From Octopus vulgaris (taxonomy: Eukaryota), in contig OX597816.1 in the NCBI GenBank assembly GCA_951406725.2, positions 25,978,001-26,042,000 on the forward strand: DNA of 64,000 bases. The letters are read 5' to 3'. A program made the position numbers and the translations under genes. Shown here one piece after another: positions 25,706-39,519 of this stretch. The stretch's first letter is position 1. Each line of letters begins with the position of its first letter. A model generated the notes under the pieces. That model had not been told where the DNA came from and searched no databases. It was given only the letters and a program-made list of their open reading frames with translations.

Positions 25706-26211
25706 CTAGCAGTATCGCCCGGCGTTGCTCGGGTTTGTAAGGGAAATAACTATATAAGCATTTTTAGAGAGTTACTTCCCTTATAAATTCGGGCTTTCTT
25801 AGTCATTTCTGTTTTGGTGTCTTCAAGCCATGAAGTCGTTGTTCTAAAAGAACGCTGGTTTCCTTCACAACGCATTACGACGTTGATTTCTTTACACTCC
25901 CTTCCCCACAGCTTCACGAGGGAGGGAAGGGGGAGAAGCAAACAGGTGCAGCTGTGAGCGTGGACGCCAACTCCGCCGCCATCGACACACGATGCATTTT
26001 ATGCATCAAAATGGAATAAAAAATTATGTTAAATTATTTTTAAAATCGTAGACTCATCGTTGACGCGCGCTAATACTCAGACGGGCTCGATATGAATCAC
26101 GACTATAAGATACCCGAATTTGGTTAAACTGCACCGCAAAATGTGGGAGGAGTTAGGAATCTAAATCGAAGGGGACAGACACTCACACAACTAGAGTTTT
26201 ATATATATAGA
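25706..26211 (-). mobile_element. Non-autonomous Helitron
   Basis: Minus strand starts TC (26211), ends with hairpin cccgagcaacgccggg and CTAG (25706), inserted between A and T. Confidence 0.85.
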
Positions 26212-26360
26212 TATGTATATACATATACATATATATATATATATATACATATATGTATGTGTGTGTGTGTGTGTGTAATAATGTATGTATGTACGTATTA
26301 TGTATATATAATTGTTAACATCTCAAGTTGTGTACAATATTATTGTTGGAAAAATTCAAA

Positions 26361-26416
26361 GCTTTACAGCTGTTTCTGGGATATATCCGAGTATGGGACA
26401 TTCCGTCATCATAGAC
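26361..26416 (-). ncRNA. Degenerate type I hammerhead motif
   Basis: Minus strand: ATGATGA-long stem II (ggaatgtcc/ggatatatcc)-GAAA-CAGCTG palindrome-TA; C3 mutated and stem I weak. Confidence 0.55.
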
Positions 26417-26853
26417 AAATAGGGAAAATGAGAATGGCATGTATAAATGCGATAACGACATAGAGGAAGAGAGTAAGCGAATACTTTGTATATATATATG
26501 TGTATATGTGTGTGTGCGTATGTGTGTGTGTGTGTGCGTGTGCGTGAATAACATTTATCAGTTATATGTTTAAAATTATTTAACTAAGGCCATGCAGGAG
26601 CACCACCTCCAAGGAATTCAGGCCAACAAATCGCTCCTATTAATTATATCCATTTTAACCCTGGTACTTATTTCATGAGTCTGTTTTGCCGAACAGGCGA
26701 CATTACGGGACGTATTTGCACCAACACCGGTTGTCAAGACGTGGTGGGATACAAACACACTGAATCTAGGACGAAGTGGTTGAGAAGAAAGCTTCTTACT
26801 ACACAGCCAAACCTGCGCCAATAATACATAAATATATAGATACATATAGAAAG

Positions 26854-26904
<51 letters not shown>

Positions 26905-27301
26905 CAGACAGATAGATAGACAGAAAGGCAGACAAATAGAAAGGTAGACAGACAGATATATATATATATATATATACATATATATCTGTCTGTACACACA
27001 CACATGTATACAGACTGTCATTATGCGCATACAGACCCATACACACGCACACATAGATATATAGCTAGACAGAAAAACAGACAAACAGAAAGGTAGACCG
27101 AGAGACAAGTATATATATGTGTGTGTGTGTGTGTGTGAGTGTGTCTGTCTGTATTCACACACTCACTCACACACACACACACACATATATATACAAACTG
27201 TCTTTATACATACACACACGCACATACAGGCACACATACGCACATGCACACACATACATACAAACAGACAGACAGATAGACAGATAGATAGATAGATAGA
27301 C

Positions 27302-27364
<63 letters not shown>

Positions 27365-27366
<2 letters not shown>

Positions 27367-27562
27367 TGTTTCTTTATTAGCCACACAGGGCTGCACACAG
27401 ACAGGACAAATTACAAGGTAGAGCTTTTCTATTGGGGGTAAAAAAAGGGGATTTGGTTTTCGATCAAGAGGGATCGTAAAGGGAAAGAAAGAGGACAAAA
27501 AAGGGGGAATAAAATAAATGAATAAAAAAAGGGTGGAGGGAAAGGAAAAAAAATTGATCAAT
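27365..27562 (-). mobile_element. LINE 3'-UTR fragment inserted in (GATA)n, probably Tx1-type
   Basis: Flanked on both sides by (GATA)n; ends ttgtcctgtctgtgtgcagccctgtgtggctaataaagaaac, similar to the Tx1 tail at about 10630-10690. Confidence 0.5.
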
Positions 27563-27564
27563 AG

Positions 27565-27639
<75 letters not shown>

Positions 27640-28400
27640 CAGAATTGTAGATCCAGTGTAATCCCACTAGAATAAGCGGAGTACGAAGGGACGGTTTAAT
27701 TACTGCGTCATCGTAGTAAAAAAAAAAAAGAAAAAGAAAAACCAGAAAAAGCAGGGAAGTATGTCAGGAGCAAAATCCTACAACGGAAATGCAAAGTTTA
27801 TAAGAGTTTAACACGTTTTTTATTTCTTTGTTCTTGTTTTCCTTGGAGCGTTAAACTAATATAAATTTTATATTTCTGCTGTTTGTCTACACACTATCCT
27901 CTCTCTTTCCTTGTCTTTTCTGTATCCCCTCACATTGTATGTTTGTATGTATACACGTGTATGTGTGAGTGGACGGGTGTGCTTGTGCGTGTATTTCTGT
28001 GTGTAGGAGTGTTACGTGTGTATAAATAAACATAGAGAGAAGCGTTATATAATGCGCCATCTTTCCATAATGTCAGGTGTTAAAACTTGATATTTTTATC
28101 TTCAGTTACACCAAACAGAAGAAACAACTTTTACTGAAGTTTTAGTGTTAATAAACGAATGTTTTTTATGACATTTCAAAGTATGGCAAATCAATTACAC
28201 TAGAAATAAAATATTATATATTTTAAAAAGCTTTTTTATTCTAATACTATTTATAATATTTTCAGATTGTTTTTTTTTTATATGCGAATATTAAATAACA
28301 GATATCAAATATACAGAGAATGGATAAAAATGCCATGCATCCCTCAGAAGAACCATGTTAAGATTTAAACGAGATTAGAACATTTTTTTAAAGAGCATAC

Positions 28401-28831
28401 GGATTTTTTCGGTTTGAACGGCAGTTTTTAACATAATTTCTAGGTAACTAAAAAAGTTTAAACTTCGTATACTGGTAGAATGTGTTTATAAAACATCTTT
28501 TTCTCTAAGCTTTATTGAGAAAATTCTATAGTTTGTAAGATATTTGTTGTTTTTTTCTTCAATTTCGGCAATTTCAACCAATCACTGACGTCCATTGAGG
28601 TAAACAACATTCTGTGTCGTATGAATATGTCCCTCGTTTAAGAAACAGATTGGGTTTATTTACATTTGTGAAGAAAAAAAGATACCCTTCCCCCACCCCT
28701 AACCCTAACCCTAACTAATCCTAACCGTAAAATAGATTGAAATGCAATAGATCGATAATAGGGTCATAATTATGGGTGACAATTTCATATGACACCGCTA
28801 GAAAAAACTGCCGTTCAAACCGAAAAGATCC
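28401..28831. mobile_element. MITE with about 28-bp TIRs and internal telomere-type repeats
   Basis: ggattttttcggtttgaacggcagtttt / aaaactgccgttcaaaccgaaaagatcc; (CCCTAA)x3 at about 28697-28714. Confidence 0.85.
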
Positions 28832-29674
28832 AAATATTATATATTTTAAAAAGGCTTTCTATTCTAATACATTCTAATATTATTTATATCTTCAGATTGT
28901 TTTTTTATACGCAAATATTAAATAACAGATATCAAATATACAGAGAATGGATAAAAATACCATGCATCCCTCAGAAGAACCATATTAAGGCTTAAGTGAG
29001 ATTAGAACATTTTTTTTAAAGAAAATACTTAAGACAGCTGGGGGATTAAAAATTTCTCGGTATAAAGCTGTCCGGTTGAAGTTAAAGAATGTAACAATTC
29101 TGATTTATTATTAATAATTGTAATCTAATGTTGTTTTCTCCGAATGACTGATATTACACCTTCGGGAACCGTTAATGTAGGACAGGGTATATATTTTCCA
29201 TAATGGACTAGCAAAACTTAAAATCTTAATGTCATATGTTGGGGAGTTAAAGTAGTAATGTATAGTTTTGTGCATTTACTACGATAACCATTTATTGTTC
29301 GTCTGTACGTGCACATACTGTGAGAATCAATATAGGCACATATACGTTATTTGCAAATTATTCATATAACCGATGAAATAATATTTAAAAACAGCGTTAG
29401 ATTCGAGGTTTACTGAGAAGAATTATGGAATTTGCTTGTTCATATTGGAAAGATTTCTTATGAGTTTATCATCTGTGGAAGCAGCAAAACGTTAGGTGTA
29501 AATGTAGTCAGCATAAGTTTATTATTTAAAATCTACTGATATTTATGGTCCTCAAAGACGTGGTTGATCATAAGGTTTTAAAAACCTCAACATCCACCTT
29601 TAGAACGAGTATCAAACCATAGGTTGTTAGCAGCTTTTAATATTTCGTTTCTTATTTATGCGGTTAACAATATT

Positions 29675-29905
29675 TATTTCTTTATTGCTCACAAGGGGCT
29701 AAACATAGAGGGGACAAACAAGGACAGACAAACAGATTAAGTCGATTACATCGAACCTAGTGATTAACTGGTACTTATTTAATCGACCCCGAAAGGATGA
29801 AAAGCAAAGTCGACCTCGGCGGAATTTGAACTCAGAACGTAACGACAGACGAAATACTGCTAAGCATTTCGCCCGGCGTGTTAACGTTTCTACCAGCTCG
29901 CCGCC
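29675..29905 (-). mobile_element. SINE family B with a 19-bp TSD
   Basis: ttatgcggttaacaatatt at 29656-29674 and 29906-29924. Confidence 0.92.
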
Positions 29906-30127
29906 TTATGCGGTTAACAATATTACTTAGTCATTTTTTAATAATGATTAATCCTATCAAATCATGAAATTCAACTCCTTCCTCAGCTTATCTCCAAAAC
30001 TAGCTGTTGCGTCTGAACCAAAAGAAATATCATAAAATAAAAATTTCCTATACTGCATTTATAATATTAATGTCCAAATTATATTTTGGACTAATACCTG
30101 AACGAAGTTATAGAGGTTTTGGAAGAA

Positions 30128-30195
30128 GAGGCTTCAGTATAGACAATGAAGCTTCGGTATAGACAGTGAGGCTTCGGTACAGACAGTGAGGCTTC
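30128..30195. repeat. 20-bp minisatellite, about 3.4 copies
   Basis: Unit gaggcttcggtatagacagt. Confidence 0.9.
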
Positions 30196-30477
30196 AAATT
30201 CATTAACCCGCATGAAGTTCAAAAGTGAGAAAAACTACTTGATAACAGATACACTATTATTCCATAATGGAAGAGAAGTGATTTACTTAATGTTAAAAAT
30301 AGAGAAATCCGAATTCTTTCTTCTAAGTACACATGTTTCAATTTCGAGCAAATCATTATGCAAGTGCGATTAGCAAAAAAACAAAACAACAGAAAACAAA
30401 ATACTATTATGATCTTTAAATATTATGTAGCCAAAAATGTCTACTTTATTGCCTCTTTTTATGCAGTCGATCTCGAT

Positions 30478-30762
30478 GTCAATGGCCCAGTGGTTAGGGC
30501 AGCGGACTCGCGGTTTCGATTCCCAGACCGGGCGTTGTGAGTGTTTATTGAGCGAAAATACATAATAGCTCCACGCGGCTCCGGAAGGGGGGTGGTGGTG
30601 ATACCTGCAGTACTCTTTCACCACAGCTTTCTCTCACTCTTTTGTCTGTTGGCCTGCTCGCTTAGCCAGTGGGGTATCGTCATTTGAAGGCTAAAACAAT
30701 GCGAAGCGCATTGTGACCAGCGATGTGTAGCAACATCTGATAGCCTGGTCGGTCACAGTGAT
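30478..30762 (+). mobile_element. SINE family A with tail type 2
   Basis: Family A head and core followed by an unrelated tail (ggctaaaacaatgcgaagc..gtcggtcacagtga). Confidence 0.8.
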
Positions 30763-30856
30763 ACATATATATATATACATACATACATATATATATACAT
30801 ATATATATACATATATATATATACATATATATATATACATATGTATATATATATAT

Positions 30857-31141
30857 TCGGAGACCCCCTTCGATCACGACACAGACCATGGGATTGCACC
30901 TAGAAAGTTACCCTCCTAGACACAAGTCCGGGCGAGGTTGTTTATGGAAGACCAGTAGTCGCCCATGCATACCAGCCTCCCCTCTCCACGCCACCAGTGT
31001 TATCCAAGGGAAAAGACAAAGGTCGATACAGCTTGGCACCAGTGACGTCGCAACTCATTTCTACAGCTGAGTGAACTGGAGCAACGTGAAATAAAGTATC
31101 TTGCTCAAGAACACAACACGCAGCCCGGTCCGGGATTCGAA
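30857..31141 (-). mobile_element. CORE-like SINE with a fourth tail type, 5'-truncated
   Basis: Core cttgagcaagatactttatttcacgttgctccag shared with family D, different tail. Confidence 0.75.
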
Positions 31142-31482
31142 TATATGTATATATATATAATGTCAAATTTCAGTCTCTGAAATAATTTTTGAAAAATGTT
31201 ATTGCCCAATCACGCAATGAAATTTAACCGGGAACTATTTGGTTGCGAATAGTAACAGCTAAACAGCCACAACAAAAAATATATGGTGTAGAAACGGAGA
31301 TTTTTCTATAAAATGTTTAGCATATACAAAATGATAAAGAAAATGTATATTAGAAATAAAAGCAGCAGGAATATACTTCATTAAATATTCTGGAGATATG
31401 TTACTTCATTCGAGCATAATACCAACTTCATTAACTGATAACAGATTTAACAGATATATATATATATATGTGAGTGTGTATG

Positions 31483-31542
<60 letters not shown>

Positions 31543-31691
31543 TACATCAATGCATATTTATATGTATATATATATAATCTACAATCTGTTGGAGACTCAT
31601 ATACATATCTGATATCCATTGAGGTTCATTATATTGTGTATATTTTAATCTTGATCCTCATTATCAGACAATCATAATCCTCCTCTCTGTT

Positions 31692-31729
<38 letters not shown>

Positions 31730-31730
<1 letters not shown>

Positions 31731-32355
31731 AGGCGGCGAGCTGGCAGAAACGTTAGCACGCCGGGCGAAATGCGTAGCCGTATTACGTCTGTCGCTACGT
31801 TCTGAGTTCAAATTCCGCCGAGGTCGACTTTCGGGGTCGATAAATTAAGTACCAGTTACGCACTGGGGTCGATGTAATCGACTTAATCTGTTTGTCTGTC
31901 CTTGTTTGTCCCCTCTGTGTTTAGCCCCTTGTGGGCAATAAAGAAATAAGAAACGTTAGCACGCCGGGCGAAATGCGTAGCCGTATTTCGTCTACCGTTA
32001 CGTTCTGAGTTCAAATTCCGCCGAGGTCGATTTTGCCTTTCATCCTTTCGGGGTCGATAAATTAAGTACCAGTTACGCACTGGGGTTGATATAATCGACT
32101 TAGTCCATTTGTCTGTCCTTGCTTGTCCTCTCTGTGCTTAGCCCCTTGTGGGTAGTAAAGAAATAGGTATTTCGTCTGTCTTTATGTTCTGAGTTCAAAT
32201 TCCGCCGAGGTCGATTTTGCCTTTCATCTTTTCGGGGTCGATAAGTTAAGTACCACTTATGCTCTGGGGTCGATGCAATCGACTTAATCCATTTGTCTGT
32301 CCTTATTTGTCCTCACTGTGCTTAGCCCCTTGTGGGTAGTAAAGAAATAGGTATT
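31730..32355 (+). mobile_element. Tandem trimer of SINE family B
   Basis: Three consecutive units starting at about 31730, 31950 and 32167, each more 5'-truncated than the last. Confidence 0.9.
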
Positions 32356-32827
32356 TAAGATTTACTGAGAATTTTGCTTTTCATCATTTCGGCGCCGACA
32401 AAAAATTACCAGTCCAAAGCAGTGGATTGGCGAAACGTTCAGAAGGAAAGACTGGATGCCTTGCAATATATGCAAGTTCAAACGTAACAAGTGCTACATA
32501 ACGTAATAGGGCTACAGGTGCTAGTTCAAATCTAACAGGTGCTACATAGGTGTTGAAACGGGACAGGCGCTACACAGGTGGTAGAATTTTTCCATTATCT
32601 AGCTTAGCACCATCACATGGCATTTTGGATTCCTTTAACGGAGACCAAGCTGTATGAAATATTTCATCTAAGTATATCTAAGGTCCCAGTAAAGGGTCAT
32701 GGGCACTGTCTTCTCTAGAATAATAAGAAAATAAAAATTAAGGTAACTATTGTTAAATTTTTGGTCACTCATTTTGTCAGTAAGCACATACTATTTATTT
32801 GATTTTCCCTTTTCCACACCAAGACAA

Positions 32828-33140
32828 GTGGAGGCGCAATGGCCTAGTGGTTAGGGCAGCGGACTCACGGTCGGAAGATCACAGTTTCGATTCCCAGATT
32901 GGGCGTTGTGTGCGTTTATTGAGCGAAAGCATCTAAAGCTCCACGAAGCTCTAACAGGGGGGGGGGCGACTCCTGTTGTACTCTTTCGCTCCAACTTTCT
33001 CTCACTCTTTCTTCCTGTTTCTAGAGTTACGCTGCGATGGACTGGCGTCCCGTCCATTTGGGGGGAGGGGACACATACGCCATAGAAACCTGGAAACCGG
33101 GCCCATGAACCTTGCTAGGCTTGAAAAGGGCGCATAAAAA
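32828..33140 (+). mobile_element. SINE family A (tail type 1)
   Basis: Full head, core and tail plus an A-rich end. Confidence 0.9.
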
Positions 33141-33699
33141 AAATAAACACAAAGACAAAACGGAACAGAGAATACAAAACCAGAGGTAAGCGGAGATACG
33201 AGGGCAGGATGTCATCGAAGAGGTCACGGAATGTGTGAAAAAAGAACTCTGACAAATAAACAACAAATGACAATAAAGGTTAAGTGAAGATCAGTAAACA
33301 CTGCCTGCGTTTATTGGTAAAATGACCGTCCCCAAATATAACAAAGTCCGTTTCAACACATGATGTCACATCAAGAATCTTGCAAAAGAAATACATGAAC
33401 GCATATTAATGTAAATGTACAAAGTTAACACAATTTTTTAAGAAAGAAGTATGCTGAAGTTTAACAAGCGCTACGGGGGAATGCCCTGTCGTTAAAAGCC
33501 TAGTATAGCTATTTTTAAAATATACTTTTCTGTATCTTTCTAGAAAACTTGCCAGTAGTTGTTAGAGTTATATGTGTGTATAATTTTAGGTATGTTAATT
33601 ACAAATGAGATAATAGTCGCATTCCTTGACTGCCATATTTTTTTAATTCTACAGTTAGTTCTGTGTATTTTCTAAACTTCTCAGCTGACATCTGCACAA

Positions 33700-34532
33700 T
33701 ATTGGTTTCGAGTTCTGGAAGAAGGCCAGCAATTATGGAAGAGGGTGTAAGTTGATTACTTTAACCCCAGTGCTCAAATGGTATGTATTCTATCGCTCCC
33801 ATAAGGTTGAAGGTCAAAGTTCGATTCTGGCGGCATATGAACTCAAACCGTCAAATCCAAAGAAATGCTGCTCAGCATTTGGTCTGGCACCGAAACGGTT
33901 CCGCCAGCTCGCCGTCTTAATTATCCTTTCTACTATAGGCAAAAAGCCTGAAATTTGGGGGAGATGACTAGTCGGTTACATCGACGCCCCAATGTTTCAC
34001 TAGCACTTATTTTATCGACCCCGAAACGATGAAAAGAAAAGTCAACCTCGGCGAAATTTGAACTCAGAACGTAGTAGAAAACGAAATACGCTATGCATTT
34101 CGCCCGGCGTGCTATCAATTCTACCAGCTCGCCGAATTTCGCCGTCTTAGTAATGATAATAATGAATTCAAATTTTAGCACACGGTCAGCAAGTTCAGGT
34201 GGATGGAAGACAAAGTCGACACCGGTGGCATTTGAACTCAAAACGTAAGGTCGGAAGAAACACCGTTAAGTATTTTTTTTTCTGGTGTGGTTACGATTCT
34301 TATTGCTTTACTGCCCAAAAGGGGCTAGACACAGAGGGGACAAACAAGGACAGACAAACGGATTAAGTCGTTTACATCAACGCCAGTGCGTAACTGGTAC
34401 ATATTTAATCGACCCCGAAAAGATGAAAGGCAAAGTCGACCTTGGTGGAATTTGAACTCAGAACGTAGTAGCAGATGAAATACGCTAAGCATTTCGCCCG
34501 GCGTGCTAACGATTCTGCCAGCTCGCTGCCTT
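33700..34532 (-). mobile_element. Cluster of about four family B SINEs of different ages
   Basis: Repeated tttgaactca(g/a)aacgt and gctcgcc head motifs with differing divergence. Confidence 0.8.
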
Positions 34533-34604
34533 ACTTTTATTAAAGAAATTTATCCTTCCCTTCACGAGCAAGGCGGCGAGCTGACAGAATCGCTTGAACA
34601 CCGG

Positions 34605-34657
<53 letters not shown>

Positions 34658-34709
34658 TGTATGTGAGTGTGTGTGTGTGTGTGGGTGGGTGAGTGTCTAT
34701 GTTTGTGAG

Positions 34710-34740
<31 letters not shown>

Positions 34741-34763
34741 ATGCTATATATGTATATAATGTA

Positions 34764-34883
<120 letters not shown>

Positions 34884-35268
34884 ATTATATAGAAGGAGCT
34901 GGGTTTGTATGTGTATGTATATGTGTGTATGTGTAGGTATGTATAGGTACACATATGTATATATATATATATATGTGTATATATGGACATGTGTGTGCAT
35001 GTGTGTATGTATATATATGTGTGTGTATGTGTGTATGTGTATGTGTGTGTATGTATATATTTGTATGTATGTTTACCTAAAACTCTATTCTATTTATTTT
35101 TTTGTTTTTTTATTCTTTTTTTTATTCTTTTATCCACTTTACCACTGACTCCTTGACCACTCCCCTAAGTATGATATTTTTGCGCTATGCCTACCCCCAA
35201 AAAGTCCCCCACCACCACCCCTTTAAACCTGCCTAAATGTATAAATGCCAAAACAATTCTTCTTAACT

Positions 35269-35319
35269 AGCTTCCTGATGATTTCTCTTGAATGAAACAG
35301 TTCTAGTCCTGTACAAGCT
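35269..35319 (+). ncRNA. Type I hammerhead ribozyme motif with an intact core
   Basis: agcttc-CTGATGA-tttc tctt gaat-GAAA-cag ttctagtc ctg-TA-caagct; single mismatches at the bases of stems I and II. Confidence 0.7.
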
Positions 35320-36101
35320 CCTTCTATATAATAAATTAACTTTACTCTGCTATGTATTGAGTACCTTATTTACTGTGGTTAACCCCGAATCAACCCGGGA
35401 CCTACATATATATATATATATATATTTGTTGTGTCTTGTCTCTTTGTCACCCACTACCGCTTGATAACCGGTGTTAGCTTGTTAAAGACTCCGTTGACTA
35501 AAAGTTCGGAAAAGCAACACACACACACACGCTCGCACACACAAACACACACACACACACACATACACACAAACACACGCACACTCCCTCCCCCCCCACA
35601 TATATATATACTCTTCAAAACATGCATAAGCCATGAAATCTTTCGAAAAGGACATGGTCAATGACATGGACCTCAGTGCAGTGCAAAGCAAGTGCATATT
35701 TTACAGACTCCCCAAAAAGTGAGGGATAAAGTCGACCCCGTTGGAATTTGAGCTCAGAGTCTGATGGAATGTCACTCATTATTTTGTCCCAATGTGCCAA
35801 TACATCTGTCAGCTCACCGGTTACACATGGGATGTGGAACACATTCTTTTCATATTATTTTTATTTTTACAGCTAGGTCGCTATATACTCTTAGCTATTC
35901 AATCTACTTCCACACGGTATTAATGTCATTAAGTATTTCTATGACAAGAATTATATATATATGTGTATGTGTGTGTGTGTGTGTGTGTAAATATATATAG
36001 ATATAGGTGAGAGAGTTGGTATGTGAAAGCACGTGGCTGGATGTATAAAAAATATATTCTTTAACCATATAACACAAGCCTTCTGTAGTTTTTTCACTCT
36101 T

Positions 36102-36165
<64 letters not shown>

Positions 36166-36478
36166 CCATTTATATATATAAAGATCAAATTGAAGACTCC
36201 ACTAGAATGGACGAAAACGCTTTTTATATGATATATGATGTATAAAACATGTGACATACTAATAAATATCTGTAATTATAAAACCATCCGAATTTCAGAG
36301 TACCTCATTTCTTCTAATATATAATACCTGTACATCATCTCCAAATCTTCTTATATATATATATATATATATATATGCACATCATCTCCAAACCTTCTTA
36401 TATATATATGTTGATTCGCTAGCTTCTGCACGCATTGCTTTTCTCTCCTTGTTTCTTTCTGTGTTTCTTTTCTGTGTA

Positions 36479-36516
36479 TCTTTCTGTTGAAGAGCGTAGG
36501 CTCGAAACGTAAAAGA
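36479..36516 (+). ncRNA. Minimal type I hammerhead motif (A6U core change)
   Basis: tcttt-CTGTTGA-a-gagc gtag gctc-GAAA-cg-TA-aaaga; perfect stems I and II, palindromic ACGT stem III. Confidence 0.65.
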
Positions 36517-36660
36517 CTTGTTTTATTTATATTCCTTAGCGCCATACTAATACAATTGTTTGTTTATATTCCACCTGCCTTCGTCTTTTGTTTATTTTCA
36601 TAAAGCTTCCCGTTATATATATATATATATAAACATGGTAGGCAAAACAAAGTGACTGAT

Positions 36661-36705
<45 letters not shown>

Positions 36706-36706
36706 T

Positions 36707-36767
<61 letters not shown>

Positions 36768-36808
36768 GTAGGTAGGTAGGTAGGTAGGTAGGTAGGTAGG
36801 TAGGTAGG

Positions 36809-36897
<89 letters not shown>

Positions 36898-37402
36898 TTG
36901 TGTACACAGAACAATAAATATAGCTAAATGGAGAGAAAGTCAGATATCTAACCATTTCTTAATTCAACGTGCTGTATACATTAATATTAATATTTTTGTA
37001 AGTATTGTCTTTTTTTAATAAGCATATAATTTTATTAACATTAAGAAAATATTTCAAAACGGTGTGTTTACGTACTGCTAATAAATCAAACCGCATGGTC
37101 ACCTCGTGAACTATTATGCAAAATAGATGAAGCAATTTGATTGAATCTTGGTTTTATATTTACGGTCAATAACTAAGTTATTCATCTCTCAATGGATAGT
37201 ACATGGGTTTGACTTCTCTAATGGACGTTTAAACAGATCTGAAGAACCCCACCTCGGATCGATCAGATCAAAACGAATTGGTAATGTCTATGGTGCTACC
37301 AGTTTGTTTACACTTAATGACTGGGCTCCGGTTGTAAAATAAGTCATACGTTACGTTTCAAATGATACGCACAAGCGTACGTAAAATAGTGCGTGTATGT
37401 GT

Positions 37403-37470
<68 letters not shown>

Positions 37471-37570
37471 GTGTGCATGTGTGTATGTGTGTGTGTATGT
37501 GTGTATACATATATGTATATGTATATATATATATATATGTATACATATATATGTATATATATGTGTGTAT

Positions 37571-37641
<71 letters not shown>

Positions 37642-38363
37642 TTCAAATTATACATACATATATATATACGTAGGTTTATCTTTCAGTATACATACATATG
37701 TATTTATGATACTTTCATATGTGTGTGTGAGTGCACGTGCTTGCTTTATGCATGTGCGTGGGTGAGAGAGAGAGAGGAAGAGTCCATATTATTTTTCTAA
37801 ATAATTTTTCCTCCTATATTATTCTCATGTTTTTCTTCCTTTACTAAAGTTGTGTGATATCAGTGGTATATAGTATAATTGACGGAAGTGACATACACAC
37901 ACATTGTAAGTAAGCTCTGACATGTACTCCGTCATGCTCCTATGACACTACTCGGCGTTGAACACATTCCTTTGGGGATATATTAATTGGTTGTTTCAGA
38001 TAGGTTCACTAAGAGCAACTGCAGATTTTCACTTCGGCTTTTTGGTGTCTATGTATATATTCGTCTGTATACATCACAGTCTCTGTATGTAACTGAAATA
38101 TGGAAATTACCTAAATTTAATGTATTGATATAATGTATTTTTTTCTTCCATTAGCAATACATCATTTTTTTGTTAAAAAAAGAAAGAAAAAAAAGATAAA
38201 ATTAATTTACGTTTCAAAGACGATAAAACAAAAGTTGTAGATGAAGAATTAAAACACTACAATGAGAATATTTTTCGTGCTAATTAAAATAATAATGGAA
38301 ACCATTAAGATCAAAGGAAAAATATATGCAAAAAGCGAACGAATTTATCCGACCAACCATTTG

Positions 38364-38427
<64 letters not shown>

Positions 38428-38439
38428 TATCTGTATATA

Positions 38440-38492
<53 letters not shown>

Positions 38493-38559
38493 GTGTATGC
38501 TTTATATATATACATATATATGTATACACACACACATACACACATGTATATATATATAT

Positions 38560-38643
<84 letters not shown>

Positions 38644-38644
<1 letters not shown>

Positions 38645-39212
38645 AGGCACGTGCCGTCAGTAATTACTCAGAGTAGGCAATTGGTGACGTTTATGTTTTA
38701 TAAAAACTCACAAAATATAAGCGAAACAAAGGCGCGCGACTGAGTTGAAGGCAGATTTACTTCTGCCTTTCTTTATAACTCGTAAAGAAAACATTGTTGT
38801 AGGAATGTACGCAACATGTGTACTACAGCAGTTCTATGCGTAGCTTTAATACTGAGATTGAAAGGCAGGGATGAAGTATGCCTATCTAATCTACAAACGA
38901 AAAAAAAAGTAATTTTACATTTTAAGCATTCAGAGTAACCTGCGTAATTATATTGAATTAGGTGCCCATTTTGCCATAAAAGGGAAATATCACTATCGAT
39001 CTATTTTGTTCAAGCTTCTATAATTGACGGAAGTGACGTCGTACACACACATTGTGAGTAAGCTCTGACATGTTTTCCGTCATGCTTCCATGGCACTGCT
39101 AGTCGTTGAACACATTCCTTTTGGGAATATATTAATTGGTTGTTTCAGTGAGGTTCACCAAGTGCAACTGCAGATTTTCGCACTACTTGCCTACCCAGGC
39201 GGCACGTCCCTG
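38644..39212 (+). mobile_element. Non-autonomous hAT-like element in (TA)n
   Basis: TIRs caggcacgtgccgtc / ggcggcacgtccctg; subterminal gtaggcaa/ttgcctac; internal remnant RSF..L.ST..LSIQ..FA.K resembling the hAT dimerisation domain; about 39018-39180 is also present at about 37874-38030. Confidence 0.7.
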
Positions 39213-39253
39213 ATATATATATATATATACATATATTCATAATCACATACACG

Positions 39254-39368
<115 letters not shown>

Positions 39369-39408
39369 TATTAATATATATATATGCATATATATATTTA
39401 TATATATA

Positions 39409-39447
<39 letters not shown>

Positions 39448-39477
39448 AACTATCTATATATCAATCTATCTATCTAT

Positions 39478-39519
<42 letters not shown>

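Noticed and set aside
30128-30195. Short repeats as a CRISPR-like array
   Set aside because: Contiguous tandem units without unique spacers, in a eukaryotic context with no cas genes
32828-32900. tRNA genes at SINE heads (also 57057, 51603 and others)
   Set aside because: A and B boxes are present but continue into SINE bodies with TSDs; no complete cloverleaf or terminator
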